From the NCBI GenBank assembly GCA_025594325.1, contig JANHCV010000004.1, positions 1,550,001 through 1,614,000 on the forward strand: a DNA stretch of 64,000 bases, written 5' to 3'. The position numbers were made by a program, and so were the translations under genes. Below are positions 23,260 through 34,080 of this stretch, in pieces (positions within the stretch are counted from its first letter, which is position 1; every line of letters begins with the position of its first letter). A model generated the notes under the pieces. The model saw nothing but the letters and a program-made list of their open reading frames with translations, was not told the DNA's origin and ran no database searches. The DNA is from Blastocladiella emersonii ATCC 22665. Its lineage: Eukaryota; Fungi; Blastocladiomycota.

Positions 23260-23574
23260 ATGTCTTCGACCCGCCGCCACTCGCACGAGGACGTCCCCGA
23301 GGAGCACCACCCGATCGACGAGCTCGACTGCGACTCGTACAAGCTGCACGCCGGCGACCGCGTCAAGTACCACCCGATCGGCGGCGCCGACTCGACCGAC
23401 ACGCCGACGACCACGGGCACGGTCCAGGAGATCCTCGTGGAGCCCTTCGACATTGGGCACGGCCGCCACGCGCACGCGAGCAAGAACGACCCGCGCGTCG
23501 TCATCAAGTGCGACAACACGGGGAAGACCACCGCCTACAAGCCCGGCAACATCATCGGCCTCGCCGACGACTAA
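23260..23574 (+). CDS. Hva1-type Tudor small protein, copy 2, 104 aa (tandem paralog)
   Basis: Colinear with copy 1 (MSSTRRHSHEDVPEEH..GDRVKYHPIGG..GHGRHAHASKNDPRVVIKCDNTGKTTAYK). Confidence 0.8.
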   Translation: MSSTRRHSHEDVPEEHHPIDELDCDSYKLHAGDRVKYHPIGGADSTDTPTTTGTVQEILVEPFDIGHGRHAHASKNDPRVVIKCDNTGKTTAYKPGNIIGLADD

Positions 23575-23713
23575 TTCGGGCCGCAAGTCGTCGTTCGTCG
23601 CCGTGTGTCGCTCGCCGTGGCCGTGGGTCGTGGGTCGTGGTCGCGGTGTCGGCGTCGGCGTCGCGCGCGCGTAAGCGAGCGGCCGGCGTGTCGCTCGAGT
23701 TGTGTTTTTGTCT

Positions 23714-23953
23714 AGTTGTGTCATCCATTCATTTCTCCCACCCTGTGCCTCGCCCTCAATGTAATTCCCCGTGGATGGCCGACCTGATCGTCTCTAGCGG
23801 TGCTGGTGGCGTGCGGTGAGACCTCGGCGAGCGAGTGAGTGAGTGGGCCCGCTTGGTCCTCGAGCGACGGCGTGAGCGAGAAGCGCGCGAAGCGCGTGAA
23901 TCGAGCAGGAAGAAGTGTGGGTGGTGAGCCGGAAGCGTGGGAGGGTCGACGCG
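23714..23953 (+). repeat. Diverged non-coding direct repeat, copy 1 (~240 bp)
   Basis: Aligns by eye with 27651-27875 and shares AGTTGTGTCAT, an identical 24-mer GTAATTCCCCGTGGATGGCCGACC, CTCGGCGAGCGAG and GGTGAGCCGGAA. Confidence 0.85.
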
Positions 23954-25700
23954 TGAAGCCCGAGACGGTCCCGCTTCGCGAGAAACCGACGCGCTCGTTC
24001 GCCGCTCTTTGCCGCTCACTCGCATCACCATGTACACGCTCGACGACTTGATGAGGCTACATGCAACCCATGCAATGAACACGGATCCGACGACGGGTGT
24101 GGTCGGGAAGGCTCGTCGCGCACATCAAATGTGGCATCACGGGCATGCTGCTTTCGCTCGTGTGTCACTCCGCCCACGGCCACGACTCAGTTCGGAGGCG
24201 CGCAGCGGAGGTACAGCGTGCTTCGGATGCTCGTGGTGGCGGTCTGTCCCCGTCGTTGACGGTCTTCCTGCTTCTCGATCACTCGCTCGTCCCTGAAGTC
24301 CATGAGTGGTACACGCTCGCACGTGGTGCGCCGCCGCTGGGAGCGGATGCCCACGTATTAATATTGCTACAGCGCGGCCTCGGCTTCGAGCACGGCATGC
24401 GGCCGGCTTCTTCTCCTCGGGGCGTGACCGTGCATGAAAACCTCGAAGAGCTTGCTCTCCGTTACATATTGCTGGGCTACCGCCGCCAACTCCGAGACGG
24501 GCGGAAACGGCTCGGACATGAGAGCTCCGTACTCGCACCCACCTTGGCCGCTCGTGACCCTTGTACGCCGTGACATCAGGCCCCGATGCACTCGCAGCAA
24601 ATCCTCCGAGGCGATCTACACGACGGCCAGGAGCTCGAGGCGACGCATTGGATCGCCGAATTATGCGATGCTCACGCGCGTGGTGCGTCGCGACTCCAAG
24701 AACGCGTCTAGATCGCCTAAACATCCCACTTCGATGTTAACGTTCATGACACCCACATGTAGTGTTAATCGACTTGCAGCATTATGGCCTCGGGGTGATC
24801 CTCGACACGCTGGTCAAGGTGGGTCGGCCGATCCGTCAGCACGGCGTACCCCTTCACCACGGTAGCCGCCAAGCTCGCTCGGTCAAGTCGACAAGCGCGT
24901 TTTCTCCTCCTTCAAAGCTCGATCACGTCCTATATACTTATTCTGCGTGGTCGTTGATGCTCAAAGTTCGTGATCGGCCATTCCGTTGCAGATCGTCCCG
25001 CGCGGTGGACGCGACGCGCCACCTCCGTGCCTGAACACGTGTAATTCAGCCGACGCGCCTGGCCACCTGACTTGGCCGAAGCGCTCCCCTCACAGGCCCG
25101 ATCCGCAGTTGACGTATGAGGCGCAGTCATGGGATGCCAGAGCCACCGCCCGCAAGCCGGCCTCGGGCGCCGCCACTCGCAGCGCTGACTCGCTGATCGT
25201 CACGCTTTCATGTCACACTCGCGCAGACCAGTCAGTCGCGGGCTGGTGCCTGCAATGCGCGCGCTCGCGAGCGCACCCTCAAAGCGCCGGGCGACCCGCC
25301 CACTCTCCTCTCGCTCCTCACTTGAGTGCATTTTGCCCGTTCAAGACGTATTCAAGTTGTCCGACAAGACAGACCCCCCAAGCACCTCTTCCTCGCCGCC
25401 TTCTGTACCGACTCAACCTCGGTGCACCTCGCTTCGACGAAGAACCCACGCCAAGCTGCAGCAGTACTACCAGACCGTCCCCGCGCGTCCGTCGCCCCCG
25501 CCGCCGTCGTCATCTCCACGCCGGCCTCCAGCAACCGACACGCCTCGGTCTACTACTTCTGCCTCTCGGTGTAACCTCGGCCGCCTCTTTGACGGTCGAC
25601 CCCCGTGAGCTCCGCACCATCGACACCCGTCCTCGGTCGCAGCTCGCCGCCCCACACGGCCTTTGTGCTCATCGACCTGTTCATCGCCTGCATCCTCACC

Positions 25701-27256
25701 ATGCACGTCAAGTCGTTTGCCGCCGCCAAGGTCAACCCGGCCGCCGCCGCCTCGCCGGCGCTGCTCGCTTGCGCGAAGCCCGTGCGCAACGAGGCCGCCG
25801 CCCCCGCCTCCACGGTCGAGACCAAGCTCACGCTCCTCGGCCACATCAAGGCCCGCGCCATGGCCGGCGTCCGCCGCATGGTGCCCGGCCGCAACAACAA
25901 GCAGCAGCAGCAGCACTCGCGCGACGCCGCCGTCAAGGCCGCCGCCGCGGCGCAGCTGGCCATCAAGAACCAAATCGCGCAGCGCCAGCTGTTCATGCTC
26001 ATGGAGCGCAACGCCAAGGCCGGTGCCACCGTCGCGGCCCCGGCGGCCACGCTCAAGATCCCGGTCTCGCGCGCCGCGTCCGAGGCCATCATCGACGCCG
26101 GCAAGATCAACCACTCCGGCCCCGACGCCGTGCCCGCTGTGCCGCACGTCCAGGCCGTCGAGATCCAGGCCGCGGTCGACAACGGCGATTCGGCCGTCGT
26201 CGACACGGCGCCCGCCGCCGTGCCTTCCGTCGTGCCGTCGCTCGGCTCGGCGGGTCCGTACCCGTCGCCGCTCTTCACGATGCCCAGTTTCGCCTCGTTC
26301 GACCTCGGCCTCGACAAGATGTTCACGGGCGCCTCCGACTCGGTCGCCGAGCACTCGGAGGCTAGCTCGGGTACCGGTTCGGGTACGCTTTCGACTCGTG
26401 TGCCTCATTACGTTGTGCGTGGTCACTGACTTTGCTTCCCGCTCGTTCTACAGAGGACTCGCTCGACACGATCTCGGTCATCACCTCGGCCGACGACATC
26501 GTCGCCAAGGAGGAGGAGGAGGCCGTAGTCGCCGCCATGGACAAGGGCCGCCGCGACTCGGGCGCCGGCCAGGAGGTCCCGGCGCCGCGGGCGCCAACCG
26601 CGCCAGCTCTCTCAGCCATCCTCTCCACGCCGTACGACCCAGTCGCGTTCGAGACGTCCGTGGCCGCGACCATGGTGGCCATCGACAAGCTCGTCGCCAA
26701 GTTCCCGTCGTTTCTCGAGGACGCGGCGGACAAGGCCCTGATCCTCGCAAAGGAGTTTGCGCCGTCGTGCAACGCCAGCGAGCTGTTCGTCTACCACCGC
26801 GCCAACAAGTACGTGCGGCCCGCGTGCTCGATGCACGGCAACGTCATCCTCGCGTGCCCGCTCGACGTTTTCCGTGGACTCGCGCCGGAGCGCCTCGTCG
26901 CGCTCGCGTACGACCAGCAGCCCGGTGCGACCGTCCCGAGCCAGCGCGCGTCCACGCAGGTCGACTTCACAACCCACTTCCGCGCCGTCTCCAAGGCGCT
27001 CCCGCAGGACAGCTTCACGATGCGCCTCGGCGTCCTCGACAAGGTGGCCGCGCTCCGCCCGCAGTACTGGGCCGTGGCGCTCGTGTTCGGGTTCGTGTTC
27101 ATGCACGCGGGCCACAGCCTCGAGGCGACCATGGACGCGCTCAACGTGCTGTGGTGGTCGCCGACCCCGGCCAAGGACAGCTTCGCCGTGTTCCTCATGG
27201 GGTCCGCCACGGCGCCGCTGCCACCGACCACATCGTCGCCCGCGTCGTCGACTTGA
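25701..27256 (+). CDS. Uncharacterised ~494-aa protein with Ala-rich N-half, globular C-half and a hydrophobic segment near the C-terminus (exons 25701-26382, 26454-27256)
   Basis: Two ORFs are joined in frame by intron 26383-26453 (GTACGC..CTGAC..TACAG) and codon bias is host-like. The start codon is uncertain. Confidence 0.7.
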
Positions 27257-27650
27257 TCCGACGCGGACGGGCGGCGGTCTCTCGTGCCACGGCATCGACT
27301 TCACTACCGTCAAGCTCGGCTCTCGGAGACGGCCATCGTTTGGACCGGTCAGAGTGCGCGCCGATCAAGGCGGGGACGGGCAGCTCGCATCGCTGCCCGC
27401 TGACACGACTGCGCTGGTCGCAAGTATCGTGTCTAGATACGGGCATTTGGAAGCCTGAATAGATTTGGTTATTTTGTTGTTCATATCATTGCGTCTTCAG
27501 GCCGTGGAACTGGCCGTGGTCATGACGGCCTCGAGCTGCGGAAGTACGCTTGATTGCATCGTCGCCACCCTGGTTCCGCGGCCGGAACTGATGATGGCCA
27601 CAGTGATGTTGCTCCAGTCTGCCCTGTGACGCTCAACGAGTCGTCTCGTC

Positions 27651-27875
27651 AGTTGTGTCATTCACTCCCTCCCTCCCCATTCCTGGTCTCGCTCTCAACG
27701 TAATTCCCCGTGGATGGCCGACCCGATCGTCCCTCGACATGTGCTAGTGGTTTGCAACGGGAACTCGGCGAGCGAGCGAGTGAGCGGGCACGCTCGGGCC
27801 TCGCGCGACGGTGTGAGCGACAGCGTAAGCAAGAAGCGTGTGGGGTGAGCCGGAAACGTTGGAGAAAACGACGCG
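27651..27875 (+). repeat. Diverged non-coding direct repeat, copy 2
   Basis: Homologous to 23714-23953 in the same orientation, 3.94 kb downstream. Confidence 0.85.
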
Positions 27876-28091
27876 CCAACTAAGCAGTGCGCGTGGATAT
27901 CGCTGGAGGCGACGCGCTGGCACTCGACGAGAGTGTTGATGAGGGCCAGGGCACCGTCACACTCAAGAGTCATCTCACTCGTGGTGCAGTCGTAGCTCGT
28001 CGACGCGACGCGGTGCCATTCGCAGCGGAGACGTTGGACGGGTACCCAAAAGGCAGATCTGCATTCAAAATGTCCACGACGAGCACCGAGC

Positions 28092-28978
28092 TCACCCGAC
28101 CATGGACCGCTTGCGGCCGCGTAGCCGGACTACACAACCCGCAATCGCCAAGTCAGCCCTACCCGCCCTCCCTCCCCACACCCAGACTCGCGTACCCTCT
28201 TCGAGCTTGTCAATCACCGGTTTCGCGAGCGCGGCGCCGGCCTCGGCCTCGTACGCGGCGAGGATCGCGTCGACCATGACACGCTCGAGGCGCGGGTGGG
28301 TGCTGCGAATCGCGCGCTCGAGAACGTAGAGGTCGACGCCCTTGTCCTCGGCGAGCGTGGTGACGGTGGCGAGGCCAAAGTCGATGACAACGAGGTCGCG
28401 CGGGTCGCCGTTGCGCACCACGAGGTTGGACGTCGTCAGGTCGCCGTGCACCAGGTCGATCCGGTGCAGCGCGGCGACGGCGCGGCCGATGCCTGCGCAC
28501 AGCGCGTCTAGGGGTGGAGGGGACGCGTGGTCAGAGCCGGTATCGGCAAGGTGACGCGGAAGAACGTACTGAGCGACTCGCCGTGCTCCTCCTGCTCACC
28601 GTGCTCAACGACCCAGTCGCGCGCGGTCCGCCCAGGAATCTCCTCCATGGTGAGCGTCATGCGGTCGAGGTCGACGAACAGGACGCGCGGGGTGTCGACG
28701 CTGGCGACGGTGCGCGCGCGGTGCAGGGCGCGGGCCTCCTGCAGCAGGCGCGACTTGGTGAGCTTGGCGTCGAGCGCCGGGTGGCGGTACGCCTTGGTGA
28801 AGCGCTCCTTGGTCACGGCCGGGATGCCGAGCGTGGCATGGCGGAAGATGCGCTACGCGGAAGGCGAGGCGCGATGGCACGCGCGCGCGGGTACACGATC
28901 AGATCCATGGATGGTGACAGATTGCATTGCAGCGAGTGAGCTCACCCCTTCGGCGCCCTGCTTGATGAGCTCGGCCAT
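28092..28978 (-). CDS. BUD32: BUD32/TP53RK kinase of the KEOPS complex, 221 aa (exons 28978-28946, 28852-28570, 28507-28196, 28129-28092)
   Basis: IKQGAEG, KERFTKAYRHPALD, VHGDLTTSN, VIDFGL, EDKGVDLYVLERA and the C-terminal VRLRGRKRSMVG. Confidence 0.96.
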
Positions 28979-29130
28979 GGCGGGATGCGGGTTAGAGAGC
29001 GCGGCTCGTCGCGGGCAAGGCGGATCATCACGTGTCGCTCTGTCTGCGCTGCTGCCCTCGTTGCTGCCGTCGTCCCTCGCCCTTTCTCTCCCGGATCAGC
29101 TCATCCAACGAACCAAACCCCCACCCTGCC

Positions 29131-29684
29131 ATGGAGTGCATCAACCCGCAAAAGGCGCTGCTATCGAACTACGAGGTGTACGCGCTGCTGCAGTCCAAAC
29201 GGGCCGAGGCGGCGGCGGCGGCCAAGCGCGGGCCCAAGCCCGACAAGGGCGACAAGGCGGCCAAGGCCAAGAAGCAGGGCATGGCCGTCGAGCGCGAGGT
29301 GTACTACTACCTGACCAAGGTGCACGACGTTGCGACGCACTGGTCCGCCGAGAACGTGACGGCGTACCTCGAGGCCATGGCCCACTACAAGCTGCTCAAG
29401 GGCGAGAAGCTGATGCTGCTCAATGTGCGGCCACGGAACCTCGTTGGCCTGTTGACGGTGCGTCATCCCCTTCCTGTGTCGTCGCCCTGTCCGATAGCTG
29501 ACCGCTCGAGCAATCGCGCGTGTAGTGTATCGAGGAAGCCGACGACCGCTTCGACAACGACGAGCTGGCGGGCATCCTCGAGGTCCTCGACACGACGCTG
29601 CCGCTGCCGATGCTGGAGGACGAGGAGATGGCAGAAGCCGGCGCCGCCGAGCCCGAGGAGACCATGGCCATGGACGAAGACTGA
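29131..29684 (+). CDS. RPC17: RNA polymerase III subunit RPC9/C17 (Rpb4-like, HRDC), 161 aa (exons 29131-29457, 29526-29684)
   Basis: LLSNYEV..EVYYYL..KLLKGEKLMLLNVRPRN..CIEEADDRF; one GTGCGT..GTGTAG intron. Confidence 0.88.
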
Positions 29685-29901
29685 CCCTGTCGTCATTGCT
29701 CGCTGATACACAAACACGTTGAAAGCCTTCGATCTGCATTCTCTCAAACCAGCACCCTTGCGCGAACCGCTTGCCTCGCGGGTGCGAGACACGGCGTGAC
29801 TCCCGCGTGATTTCGCGACGCGTCCTTTGTCGACGCGTTCTCCTGCTCCGCCCGAAACCCCATGCACCGCGAATGAACTGAGCCCCCCGTAACCCGATGC
29901 A

Positions 29902-31758
29902 ATGGCGGGCGACAAGAAGGGCAAACCGAAAAAGGCCAAGAAGAAGGCGCGGTCTAAGTCGCGCGGGGCCGCCGACGATGGGCCCGCGGACGGCTCAGCA
30001 GCGGCCGCGCACCTGACGGCCGTCGAGCGCGACGCTCTGGCGAGGCGGCAGCTGCTCCTGACTACGCTCAAGGCCGCGGCGCCGTCGCTGGCCGACGAGC
30101 TCGGCGAGATGAATGAGTTCCAGCTGCGGCAACGGTGCGCTTGGTGGCCTCGCTGCATGAGGTTCCGTAGGAGATGCTGATGGTCGGTCCGGTTTGTAGT
30201 CTCGAGGTCCTCGACGACGAGCTGCGCCAGTACAAGGAGATGGTCGACGAATGGTACACCTCCCTCCTCTGTAACTCCCCCTCGCCCCGCACCGCGCTCA
30301 CACCGCGCCTCCTCGTAGCAAGAAGGAGAACGACACGCTGCGGCAGGAGATCGAGGACGCGCAGCGCGACTCGGCCGAGTACACGGCGTACCTGCTGCTG
30401 AAGCGCGCTGAGAAGCAGGCCGTCATCGACCGCATGAACGGCGAGCACGACAAGTCCATGGCCGAGTACCACGCGCGCCGCGCCGAGATCGAGGCCAAGC
30501 TGAACAAGGAGGCTCAGGGTACGCGCTGTCGCGCGTCTGATGCCAGTGTTTGCGAGTGTTGACTGTATATGGGCGCGGGTAGAGATCACGGACGAGATTG
30601 CCGACCTGCAGGAGAAGCTCGACTCGAAGAACCAGGAGATCCTGTCGCTCGCCGACGTCCTAGTACGCCCTCCTCCACTCACACCTCCTCCATACCCCCA
30701 ACCTAACCCCGACCCCGCCATAGCACCAACGCCAGCGGCACGAAGCCCAGCTGGCCGCGTACCGCAAGGACCTCGAATCTCTCCAAGCCTCGCACACCCG
30801 CTCGATCCTGGAACTCGAACGCCGCCTGCTCGAAGAACGCGTCCGCGTCCAGCGCCGCAGCGACGCGCAGGTCGCCGCGATGCAGGCCGCCGCGCAGCAG
30901 CAAGCGCTCGCCTCGCTCGCCGAGCACACGCAGCAGCTCGCCGCGCAAAACGACGCCATGGCCGTGGACCTGCGCGCGGCCGTCGCCGCGACGATGACGC
31001 TGCAGCAGCGGAAACACGCGCTCGAGATGCAGTGCACGGCACTCGAGCAGGAGCTCGCGGTCCGAGAGCGGATGGTCGCCGCGCGCACGGCCAAGGTCGC
31101 GGCAGTCGCGCGTGCGGGGCCGACGACGGCGGCGCCGCTCGCGCCGATCCCGACTTCCTCGTCGCCCGCTGCGGACGAGCCGGCGGTTGCCGCGGGTCCC
31201 GAGACCACGCTCAGCATCCCAGACCCCGGCCGGCGCGGCCGCCCACCGCCCGCCCGCGCCGTCGCGTCGTCGCCGGTCCCGCCGTCCAAGAACCGCCGCG
31301 TGTCCGTGTTCCCTGCGCCCGCAACCCCCGTCGCGCCGCGCCGGCCCGCTTCGCCGGAACCGGGCACGACGCCGCTGTCGGGCGGAGCCGATACCCTCGA
31401 CGACGACGAGGAGTGGCTCGACGAAGGCCCTGCAGGGGCCGAGGGCGGCGGCGGCGGTGCGACCGCGACGTTCCTCGAGTCGCTGCTGGAGAGCGACGTA
31501 CGGGGTCGGTCGGGCCGACAGCGGCGCGGGTCGAGCACTGCCGCCGCGCAGTACCAGCAGGATCTCGCGGCGGCGGCGGCAGTCGCGGCAAGGCGCGAGT
31601 CCAACAAGACGCCGGCGAGCGGGCGCAGGGTGACGCTGACCGAGGCCACCAAGAAGGAGCCCGCGGCGCCCGCGGCAGCGCTCCCGCCGCTTGACGACGA
31701 CGCGTTGCTGGAGCGGGTGCGGGCCAAGATGTCGGCGTTGTTCCGGTTCGGGGTTTGA
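29902..31758 (+). CDS. Coiled-coil protein of the DUF4515 (BBOF1/CCDC121/CCDC166) ciliary family, 533 aa (exons 29902-30134, 30200-30253, 30319-30518, 30583-30662, 30724-31758)
   Basis: Basic MAGDKKGKPKK N-terminus, then a long coiled coil with EYTAYLLLK..HTRSILELERRLLEERVRVQRRSDAQVAAMQAAAQQQA..HTQQL, matching the family pattern as recalled. Four introns splice in frame. Confidence 0.7.
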
Positions 31759-31892
31759 GTGAATGGAGAGAACGATTTATACAGAGAGCGTAACGGGCGG
31801 CCGTGTAGCAGAGGAAAGGAGGGAAGATGGCGGCGACGCGAGCGGGAGAGGGGCGAATACACACAAAAACGGGGATGGGGAGGCGCAGCTCA

Positions 31893-33459
31893 TCATGCGA
31901 CGAGGTCGGCCTGCGACTCGGCCTTGGGCATGGCGGCCATCTGGATGTCGCGCGACGCGGCGCGCTTGAGGTCGACGGACGTGGAGATGCGGTCGCCGAC
32001 GTAGTCGAACGTGTACTCGCCCACTACAGAGCGCGCGAGAGTCAGCGACGATGGCCTGATTCCATGACGAGAACCGAGCGAACGTACTCTGCGAGTGGTC
32101 CATGCCGTCCTCCTCCGACTCCTGCGACGCGCGGAGGTGGAGGCCGACCTTGGCCATGACAAAGACGATGATGTACGTGACGCCAAACGACCACGCGGCG
32201 GCGGCGCCGATACTCGCGAGCTGGTAGACCATCTGCATCGGGTTTCCCGAGATCCACCCGCCGGGCTTGTCGGTACCGTCGAGGGCAATGTAGTACTTGT
32301 CGGCGAAGACCCCCGTCAGGAAATTGCCGAGAATCCCGCCGACGCCGTGGATCCCGAACACGTCGAGCGTGTCGTCGAACCCGAGGTGGTGCTTCCAGCG
32401 CGCGGCGTAGTTGCACACGAGCCCGCCGAGCACGCCGAACGCGAGCGACGACGCCGGGGACACGTAGCCGCACGCGGGCGTGATGCAGACGAGCCCGGAG
32501 ACGGCGCCCGAGCAGAACCCGAGGGCCGAGACGCGGCGGTCGCGGATGTAGTCGACGACGAGCCAGGTGAGAGCGGCCGACGACGCGGCGAGCAGCGTGG
32601 TGACGATGGCCATGGCGGCGCGCGCGTTGGCGGCGCCGGCCGACCCGCCGTTGAACCCGAACCACCCGAACAGCATGAGCGAGGTGCCGAGGATCACCGA
32701 CGACATGGAGTGCGGCTTCATGGGCTCGTCGCTCGGCCGCCGCTTGCCGAGGAACAGCGCCAGGGCGAGCCCCGCCACGCCCGACGACATGTGCACGGGC
32801 GTGCCGCCGGCAAAGTCGAGCGCACCGAGCTGCAGCAGCCACCCGTTGGCGCCCCACGTCCAGTACGCGAGCGGGTCGTACACGAGCGTGGTCCAGACCG
32901 CGATGAAGATGCACATGGGGATCAGCGCGAAGCTACACGCGCGGTGGATATATCACGTGGTGAGCGAGAGACGGCGGCACGAAGCATTTTCGGGGACACG
33001 TACCGCTCGGCCACGGCGCCGACGGCGAGCGCGGGCGTGATGGCGGCGAACATGGCCTGGAAGATGCAGTAGGCGATGTTGGGCAGCGTCGAGATGACCG
33101 TCTGGTCGGCGCCGACGTTCATGAGGAAGGCGAACTGGCCGTTGCCGATGAACCGGTTGCTGGTGGTCGAGAAGGACAGCGAGTAGCCGATCACAAACCA
33201 CTGAATCATGACGATGGCGAGCGACATGATGCTGATGAGCATCAGCGACAGCGCGTTCTTGTCTCGCGCCATGCCCGAGCTGTTGTGGGAGGCGAAGCGT
33301 TAGCGATGACCGCGCGCGGAGCGGCAGCGCGGTGGAGACGCACTAGAAGTAGCCGAGGCCGGGAATCATGATGAACACGAGCGCCGTGCACACGAGGATG
33401 AAGGCCACGTCGCCCGCGGCCGGCGGCGGCGGGACGGGGGGTGTTGCGGTCTCGCCCAT
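31893..33459 (-). CDS. MEP: Ammonium transporter, Amt/MEP family, 455 aa (exons 33459-33344, 33279-33004, 32932-32088, 32023-31893)
   Basis: IPGLGYFYSGM, FQAMFAAITPAL, DFAGGTPVH, GWFGFNGGS, DDTLDVFGIHGVGG; multiple TM helices. Confidence 0.96.
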
Positions 33460-34080
33460 GGTTCGGTTCGGTTCGGTCTTGCTTCGTTGCCAGAGTCGGA
33501 GGGATAAGTTGCCGATGCAAGGTCACGGAGAGAAAGCGGAGTCCGCCGAGCTTTATAGCCACGAGAGGAGAGCGAGCGAGCGGAACCGAATCTTCTGGAC
33601 ACCGGATACCGTAGGAGATAGCGCGCGTGCCTCCCACCGCCGTCCGCGCACGCTGGCCATCGCCGCCGTGGCCGTCGTCGCCGTCGCCGTCGTCGACGCG
33701 TCCTCTTCCCTCCCGGGTTTGCCCGCGATAGGCCGTCGCGGCGTGGCGCATCGCCCCGCGTGGCCACGGCCCGAGGTGGAACGCGACGCGCTGCGCCCGA
33801 GCCAGCGCCTATCACAGGGAAATGAAGCCCCGCGTGACGCGCTCGGGCGGGCTGAAATCAGCGCACCCGAACCTTGAGCTTACGGCGTGAAAAGGACGCA
33901 GACGGGTTTCAGCTTTAGCCCGGCCAGTGATGCCACCGAGGCGCGAGGCGCGAGGGAGACACGCGGGTGCCACGCGCGCGTGACCGCGTGATACCGGCCA
34001 GGCACGCGATGCGCCACATTCTCGGCTTCCGCCATTTGGTCACGCACGCGAAATGGGGGAGGGTATATCAAATAGCGCTA

